Virus record (IMG/VR): IMGVR_UViG_3300009161_000056
Location: 1 to 54,676 of that record
From: a virus
Taxonomy: Duplodnaviria; Caudoviricetes
Strand: one strand, 5' to 3'
DNA: 54,676 bases
The notes beneath the pieces were generated by a model. It saw only the letters and a program-made list of their open reading frames with translations. It made no database searches and was not told where the DNA came from. Numbering within the stretch: position 1 is the stretch's first letter; each line of letters opens with the position of its first letter. This document shows positions 1-8,615 of this stretch, one piece after another. The position numbers and the translations under genes are program-made.

Positions 1-144
1 AACTATGTTGGCTATGACCAGTACGGTACGCCAGAGCAGATGCCTGAGTTGTATGGCAATGAGTTGTATCAGAACTTGAACGCCCCCGGCTTTAACGAGG
101 TGAACGAGGGCGACTACGCCCGCATGGACGCTGAAGAGAATGGC
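1..144. repeat. Terminal overlap (copy 1) with 54533..54676; marks a circular/permuted complete genome
   Basis: 144-nt match with 4 mismatches in 3 codons (GGC/GGT, GGC/GGA, TTG/CTT), all synonymous. Confidence 0.95.
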
Positions 145-774
145 GAAGAGCCTGTCGAAGGTATGGCTGAAGGAGGCTTGCCTCAAGGTGGCCTTGGTGG
201 TTCACCGACGTTTTACACGTTTGGCAAACCCACTGACCCAATGCAGAACCTGTACAACCCACAACCTGCACAACAGCAACCGCCACAAGCTCCTCAAGGT
301 ATGCCCCCACAGGCGGCTCAGAACCAGCAACAGATGGCAATGAACCAGCCCGTGCAGGCTGTACCTGTCGGAATGCCTCAAGGCGCTTTGCAGGGTCAAA
401 ACATGGGCGGCGCAAAGCCTCCGATGCCACAACAGAACCCAATGCAAACTGGCCCCCAAGGCTTGAAGAGCGGTGGCCTGCCTGCGTGGTCTAACGTACC
501 AATCACGGCTGGTCGGCTGAACTTCCGCAATGGCGCACCCGTACACGGTGCAGGCGATGGACAGTCTGACGACATTCCAGCTATGCTTGCTGATGGCGAG
601 TATGTGATTGACGCGGAGACTGTCGCCCAAATTGGCAACGGTTCGACCAAAGCTGGCGCACAGGCTTTAGATAAATTCCGCGAAAATATCAGGGCGCACA
701 AACGGTCTGCGCCTATCAATAAAATTCCGCCCAAGACCAAGGCGCTCACATCCTATCTGAGAGGGGCAAAATAA
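1..774 (+). CDS. C-terminal part of ~1170-aa putative internal virion protein starting at 51794; ends in a tape-measure-C-terminal-like domain
   Basis: In frame with 51794 through the overlap; Q/P-rich linker, then HGAGDGQSDDIPAMLADGEYVIDAETV motif; stop overlaps next ATG (TAATG). Confidence 0.85.
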   Translation, partial: NYVGYDQYGTPEQMPELYGNELYQNLNAPGFNEVNEGDYARMDAEENGEEPVEGMAEGGLPQGGLGGSPTFYTFGKPTDPMQNLYNPQPAQQQPPQAPQGMPPQAAQNQQQMAMNQPVQAVPVGMPQGALQGQNMGGAKPPMPQQNPMQTGPQGLKSGGLPAWSNVPITAGRLNFRNGAPVHGAGDGQSDDIPAMLADGEYVIDAETVAQIGNGSTKAGAQALDKFRENIRAHKRSAPINKIPPKTKALTSYLRGAK

Positions 775-1706
775 TGGCTGGCTTATTCCAAGGTGATCCA
801 CTACCAGATGTAACGACGACGGAACAGACGCAGGCGACTGCGCCAGAGTTCTACACAAACTACTTACAGGACATTGCCAACTTAGGCCAGAACGCCGTCC
901 AGCAGGGTGGTGTGGCTGGCTTTAGCCCACTGCAACAACAAGCCTTCCAGATGGCCCCTGATGTGGCCTTCTCTGGTGCTGGCTCTATGGGCGCGGCTTC
1001 TCAGTTGCTAGGCCAAGCTGGCGCTACAACCGTCCCTGATGTCATTGGCGACTACATGAATCCCTACACTGGGGCTGTGGTTGATGAGATGGGGCGCTTG
1101 CAAAACAGAAACATTCGCGAGAACATTCTGCCTTCTTTGGGTGGTGCCGCTGTAGGTACAGGCCAGTTTGGCTCACGCCGCCAGCAACAGATCACTGGCA
1201 ACACAATGCGCGATATGCAGGCTGACTTGCTAGGCAAGCAGTACCAAGCATTGAACCAAGGCTACCAACAGGCTGGCACGATGGCTGGCACTGACCTGTC
1301 TCGCGCCCTGCAAGCTGGTCAAGCCTTTGAGAACTTAGGCCAAGCACAGCAAGGTCTAGGTCTTGGCGGCCTCAAAGCCTTGAGCGAATACGGTGGTCAA
1401 CAGCAGGCGCTAGGCCAGAAAATGTTGGACTACCCAATGGCTCAGACGCAAGCCTTCTCTCAGTTGTTAAGAGGACAAGTTGTTCCTATGGGTCAAGTGC
1501 GGCAAAGTGTTGGCCCTCAAGCTGGTGCATACTCAAACAGCCCGCTGTCTCAAATCTCTGGTTTGCTGGCTGGCTTGGGTTCATTTGCAAATACTATTGG
1601 CAAGGCAGATGGTGGTGCAATCATTATGAAGAAGGGCGGTCAAGCTCACCGCTCCAAAGCCCACGCATATCTTGCTCGTGGTGGTTCAATCAAGATGGCG
1701 AGGTAA
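774..1706 (+). CDS. Putative internal virion/DNA ejection (pilot-like) protein
   Basis: 310 aa, Q/G/A-rich, YMNPY and FGSRR motifs typical of podovirus ejection proteins; three xxxGG motifs in the last 35 aa. Confidence 0.65.
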   Translation: MAGLFQGDPLPDVTTTEQTQATAPEFYTNYLQDIANLGQNAVQQGGVAGFSPLQQQAFQMAPDVAFSGAGSMGAASQLLGQAGATTVPDVIGDYMNPYTGAVVDEMGRLQNRNIRENILPSLGGAAVGTGQFGSRRQQQITGNTMRDMQADLLGKQYQALNQGYQQAGTMAGTDLSRALQAGQAFENLGQAQQGLGLGGLKALSEYGGQQQALGQKMLDYPMAQTQAFSQLLRGQVVPMGQVRQSVGPQAGAYSNSPLSQISGLLAGLGSFANTIGKADGGAIIMKKGGQAHRSKAHAYLARGGSIKMAR

Positions 1707-1709
1707 GAC

Positions 1710-3650
1710 ATGGCAGTCCCACAACAACAACCCGTAGGTGGTTTGGGCGCAATGGCTCCAAAGCCTCAAGGTGCGCCTCCTCCAGAGCCTAGCGAAGCAA
1801 AGGATGCCGCCCGTATCTCTAGCATGGAGCAGGATCAGCCTGATACCCCAGCGAACATGATGGATCGTGCGATCCAAAAGCAACGTGAAGCGGCTCGCGC
1901 TCTGGAAACCCAGACAGCACTACTGCGTCAAAGTTACGACGCAAGGATGAACCTGCCCTTTGATACGTCATTGATGGCGGCGGCGGCTGGTTTCTTAAAG
2001 CCCACAAAGACTGGATCGTTTGGCGAGTCTGCTGGATATGCCGCTGAAAACTATGCGGCTGACGCTGAAAAAGCCCAGCTTCGCAAGCAACAAGCAGAGA
2101 AGCAAAAACTTGAACTAGCCCAGCAAGAGATGGCAATGGGCACCAAGAACCTTGAGTTCGAGCATATGCTTCAGATGGCTGGCTACAACCCAGCACAAGC
2201 CGCAATAGTATCAAATGCCGCTGGTGTTTCTACCCCTGCTGGCGGTGTTCCTGCTGGTGGCGCACCTATGGCTGGTGGCGCTCCACGCCCTGCCTCCGCT
2301 CCTGCTAACGTAGGCCAGACTGGCGCTCCAAATGAATTGCCGATGATCTCTGACAGAGACATCACGACCGCCTATGCGATCTCCAAAGATCATGGAGACA
2401 AGATCGCCGCGATTGCCAAGATGCAACGTGAGGACTTGATTGTCAATGAAGGCAACGTGTTCTCTAAGAGCCAGAAGAAATTCTTGGATGTCACTCCTCC
2501 TAACGAGAAGGCGGCAGACTTTAACTTTGGCCCCGCTGGTGACCGTAAGACAACCCCTGATGTGTATCGCGAATACAAGCAAATTATTGCAAGCGGCACA
2601 GACGATCAATTGCGCGACTTCTTTATTAGACAGCGTTGGCTGGCTGGCACTCCTTCTGGTGCCCCTCGGATTGGCTCGGCTGGTACAGCGCCAGCAGGAG
2701 GCGCGGCTCCCGCAGGTGCAACACCTTCAGTAGGTGGAGCAACACCAGCAGGAAAGCTACCCGCTGGCGGATTTGGTTTGCCAAGCAAGTTTAAGACCGC
2801 AGAAGAACTAGCGCAAGAGAAGATGAACCAAGAGACCGCTCTTGCAGAAAACAAAAAGTATGCAGAAGCCGCAGGAGAGATGGCAAACGATTTGCGTCTG
2901 TCTGCATTCTCTGCAACTGATATTAAAGCGTTGGCTCAAGAGGCTGGCTCTATTGCCAAAGCCGCCGCGCCTGCATTCAAGTTGTTGATGAACAAAGACG
3001 ACCAGTTCCGAAATGAGTTTGATGCCTATATGCAAATGGCAAAGACTGGAGCGCAGGCTGGTCAATTTGGAAGTTTCAGTATTCCTACTGACATCATTGA
3101 GAGAAACGGACTTACGTCTGAACAGATTCAAGCCTTGCAAAAGTTTGCTCAGATTGAAGCTCAGTTCACGTTGTTCAACCGCCGCCTATGGCTCAAAGGT
3201 CAGGGCGCGATTTCCAATGGTGAGAGTACGGTTGCGGCACAACTTGGCCCGCAGGCATCAGATCGCCCAGAGGTGATTCAGATGAAGGCCCAAGCGATTG
3301 AGCGCAAGGCTGATTTTGATGAGCAGACCTTTATGGCCTTTGAGCAGTGGAGGGAGAACAACCCCAACGGCGGCTTCAGTAAGTTCATCTCGCAATCGCC
3401 TGAGTTCAAGGCGCTCAAGACAGAATACATTGCCGACCTCAAAGCCATGCGCGATGCCAATGCAAAGTATTTTGCTGGGCCTAAGAAGCCAGCCACCACA
3501 CCTGCGGCTCCGCCAGCGGTTACGCCCACGCCAGTGCCTGCGGAGACTCCTCCCAAGCCTGCGGCAAAGCCACCCGCAAATGAAAATCCAGTGGATAGAT
3601 TTAAGCGCGAAAAAGCTGAACGCGAAAGAGCCGCACAAGGAAACCAATAA
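1710..3650 (+). CDS. Putative internal virion/ejection protein
   Basis: 646 aa; helical/coiled-coil segments with P/A/G linkers; lies between ejection genes. Confidence 0.6.
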   Translation: MAVPQQQPVGGLGAMAPKPQGAPPPEPSEAKDAARISSMEQDQPDTPANMMDRAIQKQREAARALETQTALLRQSYDARMNLPFDTSLMAAAAGFLKPTKTGSFGESAGYAAENYAADAEKAQLRKQQAEKQKLELAQQEMAMGTKNLEFEHMLQMAGYNPAQAAIVSNAAGVSTPAGGVPAGGAPMAGGAPRPASAPANVGQTGAPNELPMISDRDITTAYAISKDHGDKIAAIAKMQREDLIVNEGNVFSKSQKKFLDVTPPNEKAADFNFGPAGDRKTTPDVYREYKQIIASGTDDQLRDFFIRQRWLAGTPSGAPRIGSAGTAPAGGAAPAGATPSVGGATPAGKLPAGGFGLPSKFKTAEELAQEKMNQETALAENKKYAEAAGEMANDLRLSAFSATDIKALAQEAGSIAKAAAPAFKLLMNKDDQFRNEFDAYMQMAKTGAQAGQFGSFSIPTDIIERNGLTSEQIQALQKFAQIEAQFTLFNRRLWLKGQGAISNGESTVAAQLGPQASDRPEVIQMKAQAIERKADFDEQTFMAFEQWRENNPNGGFSKFISQSPEFKALKTEYIADLKAMRDANAKYFAGPKKPATTPAAPPAVTPTPVPAETPPKPAAKPPANENPVDRFKREKAERERAAQGNQ

Positions 3651-5482
3651 TGGACTTTAAAAAACTTTCGCCAGAGCAGATGAAGATTGCCGAGATGGTG
3701 ATCGAAGCGGCTAACGAAGTTGGCGTTGACCCTAATCTTTTGTTGGCGCAGGCGTATGAGGAAAGCCGTTTCCGCCATATTCCATCTACTGATCCAACCA
3801 GTGATGCGTTTGGTGTATTGCAAATTCGACCAAGCACAGCAGAATTAAACAAACTCGGCGACACCAGAGATTTGAAAACCAATATCTATGGTGGCGCAAA
3901 GCTGATGAAGCAGTACATTGACAAGTACAAGTCACCAGAGGCGGCGTTGTTGGCCTATCACCAAGGCCCCGGGGTCGCGGACACATACATCAAATCAAAT
4001 GGCGACCTTAAATCCGTTGGCCCCAAGGGCTTGGACTACGTCATCAACATTGGCACCAATGGTGGCTTCGGTCAACCGCCAGCGGAAGAAGCGGCGGCAG
4101 AAGGCGAAGAGCCTCCAAAGCCTCCGTTTGTGCCTGTAGCAAGCACGTTCCCAGAGGCCACCACCGACAACACTCAGACTCAAAAAAAGCCAGAGAACGT
4201 GGTGTCTCCAACTGCTGGCGCGATTACTGGCGCTCTTGCCAGCACGGTTGGTCAAGTTGGCTCTAAGCCAGAGTTGAAATATGCGGAAGCCCCTCCTGAT
4301 GTTTCGGCGGCAGAAAAAGCGGCAAGCAAAGCACAAAGACAATTTGACATTGCCGAAGAACGGCTGAACAAGCGCGTCAATAACGCCATGCCTATTGCTG
4401 GTGGAACAGACCTTGCCACGTTAGAGGCGGAGTACAGGCGCTCTCAACTCATGTTGCAAATAGCAGATCAGGAATTACAGGCCGCTACAGCCGCTCAAAA
4501 GGCCAAGGTAGCACCTACCCCTCCAGCGGCTAATTCTATGGCCTCTGCGACCCCTCAAATCATCATAGACCCCAATGCTCCCGTTCAAACTTCTCAAGAA
4601 AGAATACTTCAAGGAAAGATTGATCCAGCAACAGGTAACACTGGTCGCCAAAACATGGTTTTCAATGAAGTTACTTCATGGGAAGCAAATGAAAGAGAGT
4701 TGCAACAAAAGGCTTTAAAAGAAGCACAAAAAGCGGGTTTGATTCCAGATACTGGGCAACAGGTTCGTTCACAATTTGGTAAGCCAAGCGGAACTGCATC
4801 TGGATTGCTTGTAAAGCCAGAAGTTGGCGAGCCACTCAAACAACAAGCAGACCTTGAGCAAAAAATGGCGGACGACAAAGCCGCTCAAGAACGACTGGCC
4901 CAGCAAAATGAAATGAATCGCCTTAAAAACGAACGCGCTCTTGCGGCACAGGAACACAGCCAAGCCCAGAGTGCCTTCAATCAAGCGCAAAACGCCAAGA
5001 CCTCTGGAGTTACCCGCGCTCAGAACACAATGGAGACTGCGGAAGACAGAGCCAGACTGTTGGCTCAAGAGGCGCAAGAGGCTCGTGCGGCGGCAAAGAA
5101 TGCGCCAAACTTTGCCAACCGTCAATTGCAAAATATTGGTGTAGCAACCGCGAAGAGTGGCCCAATAGTCAAAGGTGGCTTGGGGGCGCTAGGTGGCTAT
5201 CAAGCCGCCAAGGGTATCAATACCTTGGCAAACCTGTCGCTGTCTGACCTGCAAAAACGGTATGACGATGGTGACCGTAGCCCAGAACTTATGACGGCAC
5301 TTGGGAAAGCCGCAGAGGCCACCGCGCAAGTTGGTGCTGGTGCGGCGGCGGCTATGCCTGCATTTGGTGACAAAACTGCCAAGATCAAAGGGGCGGGCCT
5401 TGCTGGAACCGCCGCGCTTGGAATATATGGACTTATGAACGCCGCTAAAGAAAAAGCAAGACAAAGGCGTGATAATCAATAG
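3650..5482 (+). CDS. Internal virion protein with N-terminal lytic transglycosylase (SLT) domain
   Basis: SLT motifs AQAYEESRF, AFGVLQIRPSTA, NIYGGAKLM, ALLAYHQGPG; coiled coil and hydrophobic C-terminus. Confidence 0.85.
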   Translation: MDFKKLSPEQMKIAEMVIEAANEVGVDPNLLLAQAYEESRFRHIPSTDPTSDAFGVLQIRPSTAELNKLGDTRDLKTNIYGGAKLMKQYIDKYKSPEAALLAYHQGPGVADTYIKSNGDLKSVGPKGLDYVINIGTNGGFGQPPAEEAAAEGEEPPKPPFVPVASTFPEATTDNTQTQKKPENVVSPTAGAITGALASTVGQVGSKPELKYAEAPPDVSAAEKAASKAQRQFDIAEERLNKRVNNAMPIAGGTDLATLEAEYRRSQLMLQIADQELQAATAAQKAKVAPTPPAANSMASATPQIIIDPNAPVQTSQERILQGKIDPATGNTGRQNMVFNEVTSWEANERELQQKALKEAQKAGLIPDTGQQVRSQFGKPSGTASGLLVKPEVGEPLKQQADLEQKMADDKAAQERLAQQNEMNRLKNERALAAQEHSQAQSAFNQAQNAKTSGVTRAQNTMETAEDRARLLAQEAQEARAAAKNAPNFANRQLQNIGVATAKSGPIVKGGLGALGGYQAAKGINTLANLSLSDLQKRYDDGDRSPELMTALGKAAEATAQVGAGAAAAMPAFGDKTAKIKGAGLAGTAALGIYGLMNAAKEKARQRRDNQ

Positions 5483-5508
5483 GGGAGCAGTTGCCATTGC
5501 CTCCTTTG

Positions 5509-5533
5509 GCCCCCGTCACTGGGGGCTTTTTTT
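5509..5533 (+). terminator. Intrinsic terminator ending the late operon, at the junction of convergent transcription
   Basis: GCCCCC-gtcact-GGGGGC followed by T7. Confidence 0.85.
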
Positions 5534-5714
5534 ATGCTGATCCGCCTGTGTGGAAAATCAAGAGTTGAGTTTGCATGAACTGCTCTTTGGCCTCTTCGAT
5601 GCCATCCTCGTACCCTTGATCGTATGCTTCTTGCAAGGCTTCTAGAATTTTGGCCTCTGATTGTTCAAAGCATTCCCAACTTCCCTGTTCATATCGGTGA
5701 CGATTTGTACGCAT
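5532..5714 (-). CDS. Small hypothetical protein (start uncertain)
   Basis: YDQGYEDG motif common in small phage proteins; last ORF of leftward operon; overlaps upstream gene. Confidence 0.4.
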   Translation of the reverse strand: MRTNRHRYEQGSWECFEQSEAKILEALQEAYDQGYEDGIEEAKEQFMQTQLLIFHTGGSA

Positions 5715-5869
5715 CTTTGATGCTCCTTCATGGCGACAATTGGTGCAACGTATGCGGCAATCTTGTGGGCAAACTGGATGATGTCCACTTCGTCGGCGTA
5801 GATTGCATCTGGCAGTTTCTCGTCGCAGTAGAAAAAGATTTGCTTGATTGTTTCTTCACTTAGATGCAT
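5642..5869 (-). CDS. Hypothetical protein (75 aa)
   Basis: ATG at 5869 overlapping the end of the upstream gene; operon tiling. Confidence 0.6.
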   Translation of the reverse strand: MHLSEETIKQIFFYCDEKLPDAIYADEVDIIQFAHKIAAYVAPIVAMKEHQRCVQIVTDMNREVGNALNNQRPKF

Positions 5870-6071
5870 TTTTAATTTTCCAAAGTTCCCAGTTGATGAT
5901 AGATGAGCGAGCGATTGATCGTTGAGCGATTGATTGATAGGGGTTGAGTTCCCCAGACAAGAACTCCTCAACGATCATTTGCTTCTTCAAAAAAAGCTCG
6001 TGCCGCTCTGCCTGCAATGGCTCGTCAAACAGTTTGCCATCGCTTGTTTTGAATGCTTGAATTTGTTCCAT
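5856..6071 (-). CDS. Hypothetical protein (71 aa)
   Basis: AFKTSDGKLF motif seen in small phage proteins; ATG 2 nt after upstream stop. Confidence 0.65.
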   Translation of the reverse strand: MEQIQAFKTSDGKLFDEPLQAERHELFLKKQMIVEEFLSGELNPYQSIAQRSIARSSIINWELWKIKNASK

Positions 6072-6073
6072 GA

Positions 6074-6841
6074 TTACTTGTGGTCGTTCTTGAGTTGCCA
6101 GAATGACAGCAGGTGCATGAACATGGCCCAGCCAGTGTCGAGTTGTTCGAGAGGCCATTCCTTGACCACCACGAGACCCGGGACATTGCGGCTCACAAAC
6201 ACGTTTGCACAGCGGGCGTTTGGCACACCAAGCCCCACACGGTACGCCGCCAACTGCATCAAATGCTCATCGTAGCCACCGATCTTGTCAGGGTCTGTGA
6301 ACTCCTTGGTTTTGATGTCAGCCACAAAGCCTCCGTCCGCTTGAGAATAGAGGTCGCATTTGCCACCAAATCCTGCCTCATGCGCAAAGGCTCGCTCGCT
6401 GATCCATGTGCGCGGGCCAGCCCAGTTGTCAATTGCTTGTGTGCAGGCTGTGACCATTTCACTGTGCTTGCCTGTTGATTGTCCTTCATAGAACCCTTGT
6501 ATTGATGCATGGATGTCAGTTCCCGCATCCGCCGCCGAACGACCCTGTTCTTTGGAATCGTTGATGATTCGGTCTATGTATTCCTTTTCAGGTTCGTCGG
6601 GGCGGCGGGGAAGCGTTAACGCCGCATACAACACTTGCTGTTGCATCCAAGCCAACAGGGCTGGTTTAGCGGCAATATTTAAAACGGTAGTCACTGACGG
6701 TACAAGATTCATTGTACGGGCATCACGCAACGTAGTGTTGCGCTGTCCGCCCTTCTTGGCCTCGACAGTGTATTGGGGCACACCATCGCGGGTGTACCAG
6801 TGATTTGACTCAGATGCTCGTGGTGCTGATGCTTGAAGCAT
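6074..6841 (-). CDS. PD-(D/E)xK superfamily (RecB/Cas4-like) exonuclease
   Basis: PSVTTVL, GTDIH, GKCDL, DIKT, QLAAY motifs. Confidence 0.85.
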   Translation of the reverse strand: MLQASAPRASESNHWYTRDGVPQYTVEAKKGGQRNTTLRDARTMNLVPSVTTVLNIAAKPALLAWMQQQVLYAALTLPRRPDEPEKEYIDRIINDSKEQGRSAADAGTDIHASIQGFYEGQSTGKHSEMVTACTQAIDNWAGPRTWISERAFAHEAGFGGKCDLYSQADGGFVADIKTKEFTDPDKIGGYDEHLMQLAAYRVGLGVPNARCANVFVSRNVPGLVVVKEWPLEQLDTGWAMFMHLLSFWQLKNDHK

Positions 6842-7061
6842 TTTTCTTCTCCTGTAGTTTACGGGCCTTGTACTGCTTGGCGTATTCGCGTTGCTTGATG
6901 CGTTGTGCTTCAGTCAGTGGTTTGGCTGGCTTTTTCTTGCCCTCCAAGGTTTTGATCTTGCCCTTCAAATAAATGACCTCGCTGTCAAGTTTTTGAACGG
7001 TTGCCATCAAGTCCATCATGCTGGAGATGAGCTTTAACTTTTCCACTTTTGAGATAAACAT
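6810..7061 (-). CDS. Hypothetical basic coiled-coil protein (83 aa)
   Basis: ATG at 7061 with AAGGA RBS; heptad pattern then K/R-rich tail. Confidence 0.6.
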   Translation of the reverse strand: MFISKVEKLKLISSMMDLMATVQKLDSEVIYLKGKIKTLEGKKKPAKPLTEAQRIKQREYAKQYKARKLQEKKNASSISTTSI

Positions 7062-7072
7062 TGCTGTGTTCC

Positions 7073-7459
7073 TTAATCCATGTTGATAACGTAATCGCGA
7101 CCAGCTTGCGTGAGTTTCCACACAAGGGCTTTGCTTCCAGAAGGGGCTGGCCTTTTGACCTTGACACCGTCTTCGTCCGTCAGGACATCAACAAAGCCAG
7201 CATCTTGGCAATCCTTGCGGCGCTTTCCAATGCTGTTCTGCTGAAGTCCTGTTGCGTCTGCAAGCTCAAAATCTGTCATAGGGCCAAAGTCAAACAAAGC
7301 CTGCAACGCTTTGATTCGGTGAGCAGATGCCTTAAAAGATGCGTCCCTTGCGGCTTCAAAAGAAGTTATGGGGTCGCTGTTTCTTGCCAAGGGATATGGG
7401 AACCGAATCGGTTGCGGTTTTCTTGGCTCTGGTGGGTCAAACAAATCAAGATTTTGCAT
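7073..7459 (-). CDS. Winged-helix DNA-binding protein
   Basis: ARNSDPITSFEAA leader and MTDFELADATGLQQNSIGKRR HTH-like segment; GAGG RBS. Confidence 0.7.
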   Translation of the reverse strand: MQNLDLFDPPEPRKPQPIRFPYPLARNSDPITSFEAARDASFKASAHRIKALQALFDFGPMTDFELADATGLQQNSIGKRRKDCQDAGFVDVLTDEDGVKVKRPAPSGSKALVWKLTQAGRDYVINMD

Positions 7460-7467
7460 ACGTCACC

Positions 7468-8109
7468 TCAAAAAGGGATGTCGTCGTCCATGTCATCAAA
7501 ACCAGACTTGGCTGATGACTGGGGCTTCTTACCAGAACGATCCTGCCACTCTGGTGATTGCTCGATCTTGGCCCGCAGGTTATCGCTGAAGGTCTCAAAC
7601 AAGTCCATGTCAGGGTCTTCGATGTAGAACGCCGCACACTTGTTGTGGCCCTCTGGAAGGTTGGCCTTCATTGCCTTGGGCACCGAGTTGATATTGGCAA
7701 TGTTGGTGTACTCCTTACCGTTGTTGCCCATCGCTTTGGTGATCGCAATCATGGCCCAAGCTCCAAGCACGTTGTCAATCTGGAAGCCACGCAACTCTTC
7801 TGGGGTGAACTCTTTGCCACGCCACGTTTGCAAGTCTTTGCGAAGGGTCGCCTTCTCTGCCAACGATAGGGTGAAGTTCTTGCTGATTGACATCGGCTCG
7901 CCCTTGGCTGTCACCAGAGGTTTGCCAGCGTCGTCTTCGCCATGCACCTCAAACTGCAACATGACCTTTGGCAGGTTTTTGACCTGACCGAGGTATTCGC
8001 TCTTCTGTGTGCCGAGGTCAACAATGCGGTAGCACCGCGCCAAATACATCCCCGGGGGCACGGGTGTAAAAGTCCCGCCGCCACTTTCTTTCGCTATTAA
8101 AGCCATCAT
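7468..8109 (-). CDS. Phage single-stranded DNA-binding-like protein
   Basis: PPGMYLARCYRIVDLG N-terminus; acidic C-terminal DDMDDDIPF tail; in operon with exonuclease. Confidence 0.75.
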   Translation of the reverse strand: MMALIAKESGGGTFTPVPPGMYLARCYRIVDLGTQKSEYLGQVKNLPKVMLQFEVHGEDDAGKPLVTAKGEPMSISKNFTLSLAEKATLRKDLQTWRGKEFTPEELRGFQIDNVLGAWAMIAITKAMGNNGKEYTNIANINSVPKAMKANLPEGHNKCAAFYIEDPDMDLFETFSDNLRAKIEQSPEWQDRSGKKPQSSAKSGFDDMDDDIPF

Positions 8110-8291
8110 TCGCTCCTAGTTAAGGTTACTGTTTCTAAAGTCACTATTGGCCTCTTGGTCACCCCGCACTCAAAACGGATAATGTTCCAGTCCTCCATCG
8201 TCGCAACGCCTGTCTCAGCCCGTTCTAGGGCTTCCTCAAGCATCTGTTGCCTCTCTAACATCGCTTGGTTGTACTCGTCTTCGCTGTGCAT
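8106..8291 (-). CDS. Hypothetical protein (61 aa), first gene of leftward operon
   Basis: AAGGAG RBS before ATG at 8291; ATGA overlap with SSB-like gene. Confidence 0.65.
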   Translation of the reverse strand: MHSEDEYNQAMLERQQMLEEALERAETGVATMEDWNIIRFECGVTKRPIVTLETVTLTRSE

Positions 8292-8317
8292 ACAATCTCC
8301 TTCGCTGTGTTTTGCGA

Positions 8318-8379
8318 ACTGTAGCACGTTTAAGTTCAAGATACAACCCCTTGTGCAATCTTTTTTTCTGGTGTATGAT
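8318..8379. promoter_or_regulatory. Divergent sigma70-like promoter pair
   Basis: Leftward TTGTAT(8346-8341)-17-TACAGT(8323-8318); rightward TTGTGC(8351)-17-TATGAT(8374). Confidence 0.6.
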
Positions 8380-8405
8380 GCACTTACACAACAAGGAGGT
8401 CATCA

Positions 8406-8615
8406 ATGACATTGGAAGAGTTTTTCAGAGATAAACCAAGAGGCGTAAAAGTCGAATTGGCGCGAAAGTTGGGCATCAGCAAGACATGGATGAGCTTGCT
8501 CACCAGCGGTCGGCAGGTGCCCAGCCCCGAACTCGCGCACTCGATTGAGCGGCATACCCAAGGCAAGGTGCGGCGGCAAGATTTGCGGCCCGATTTATTT
8601 GGAAGGATAGTCTGA
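8406..8615 (+). CDS. Cro/YdaS-like HTH transcriptional regulator
   Basis: 69 aa; ELARKLGISKTWMS HTH; IERHTQGKVRRQDLRPDLF C-terminus typical of YdaS/Cro; AGGAGG RBS. Confidence 0.85.
   Translation: MTLEEFFRDKPRGVKVELARKLGISKTWMSLLTSGRQVPSPELAHSIERHTQGKVRRQDLRPDLFGRIV

Noticed and set aside
1704-1712. In-frame TAA-gac-ATG junction (also 51788-51796) suggesting stop read-through fusions
   Set aside because: TAA is rarely read through, 3-nt spacers are common, and there is no other recoding signal.
5532-5869. Programmed frameshift joining the two overlapping leftward ORFs
   Set aside because: No convincing slippery sequence; the start of the distal ORF is simply uncertain.
6074-6841. Cas4-like nuclease as a CRISPR component
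   Set aside because: No array or other cas genes; lacks the Fe-S cysteine cluster; ordinary phage exonuclease context.
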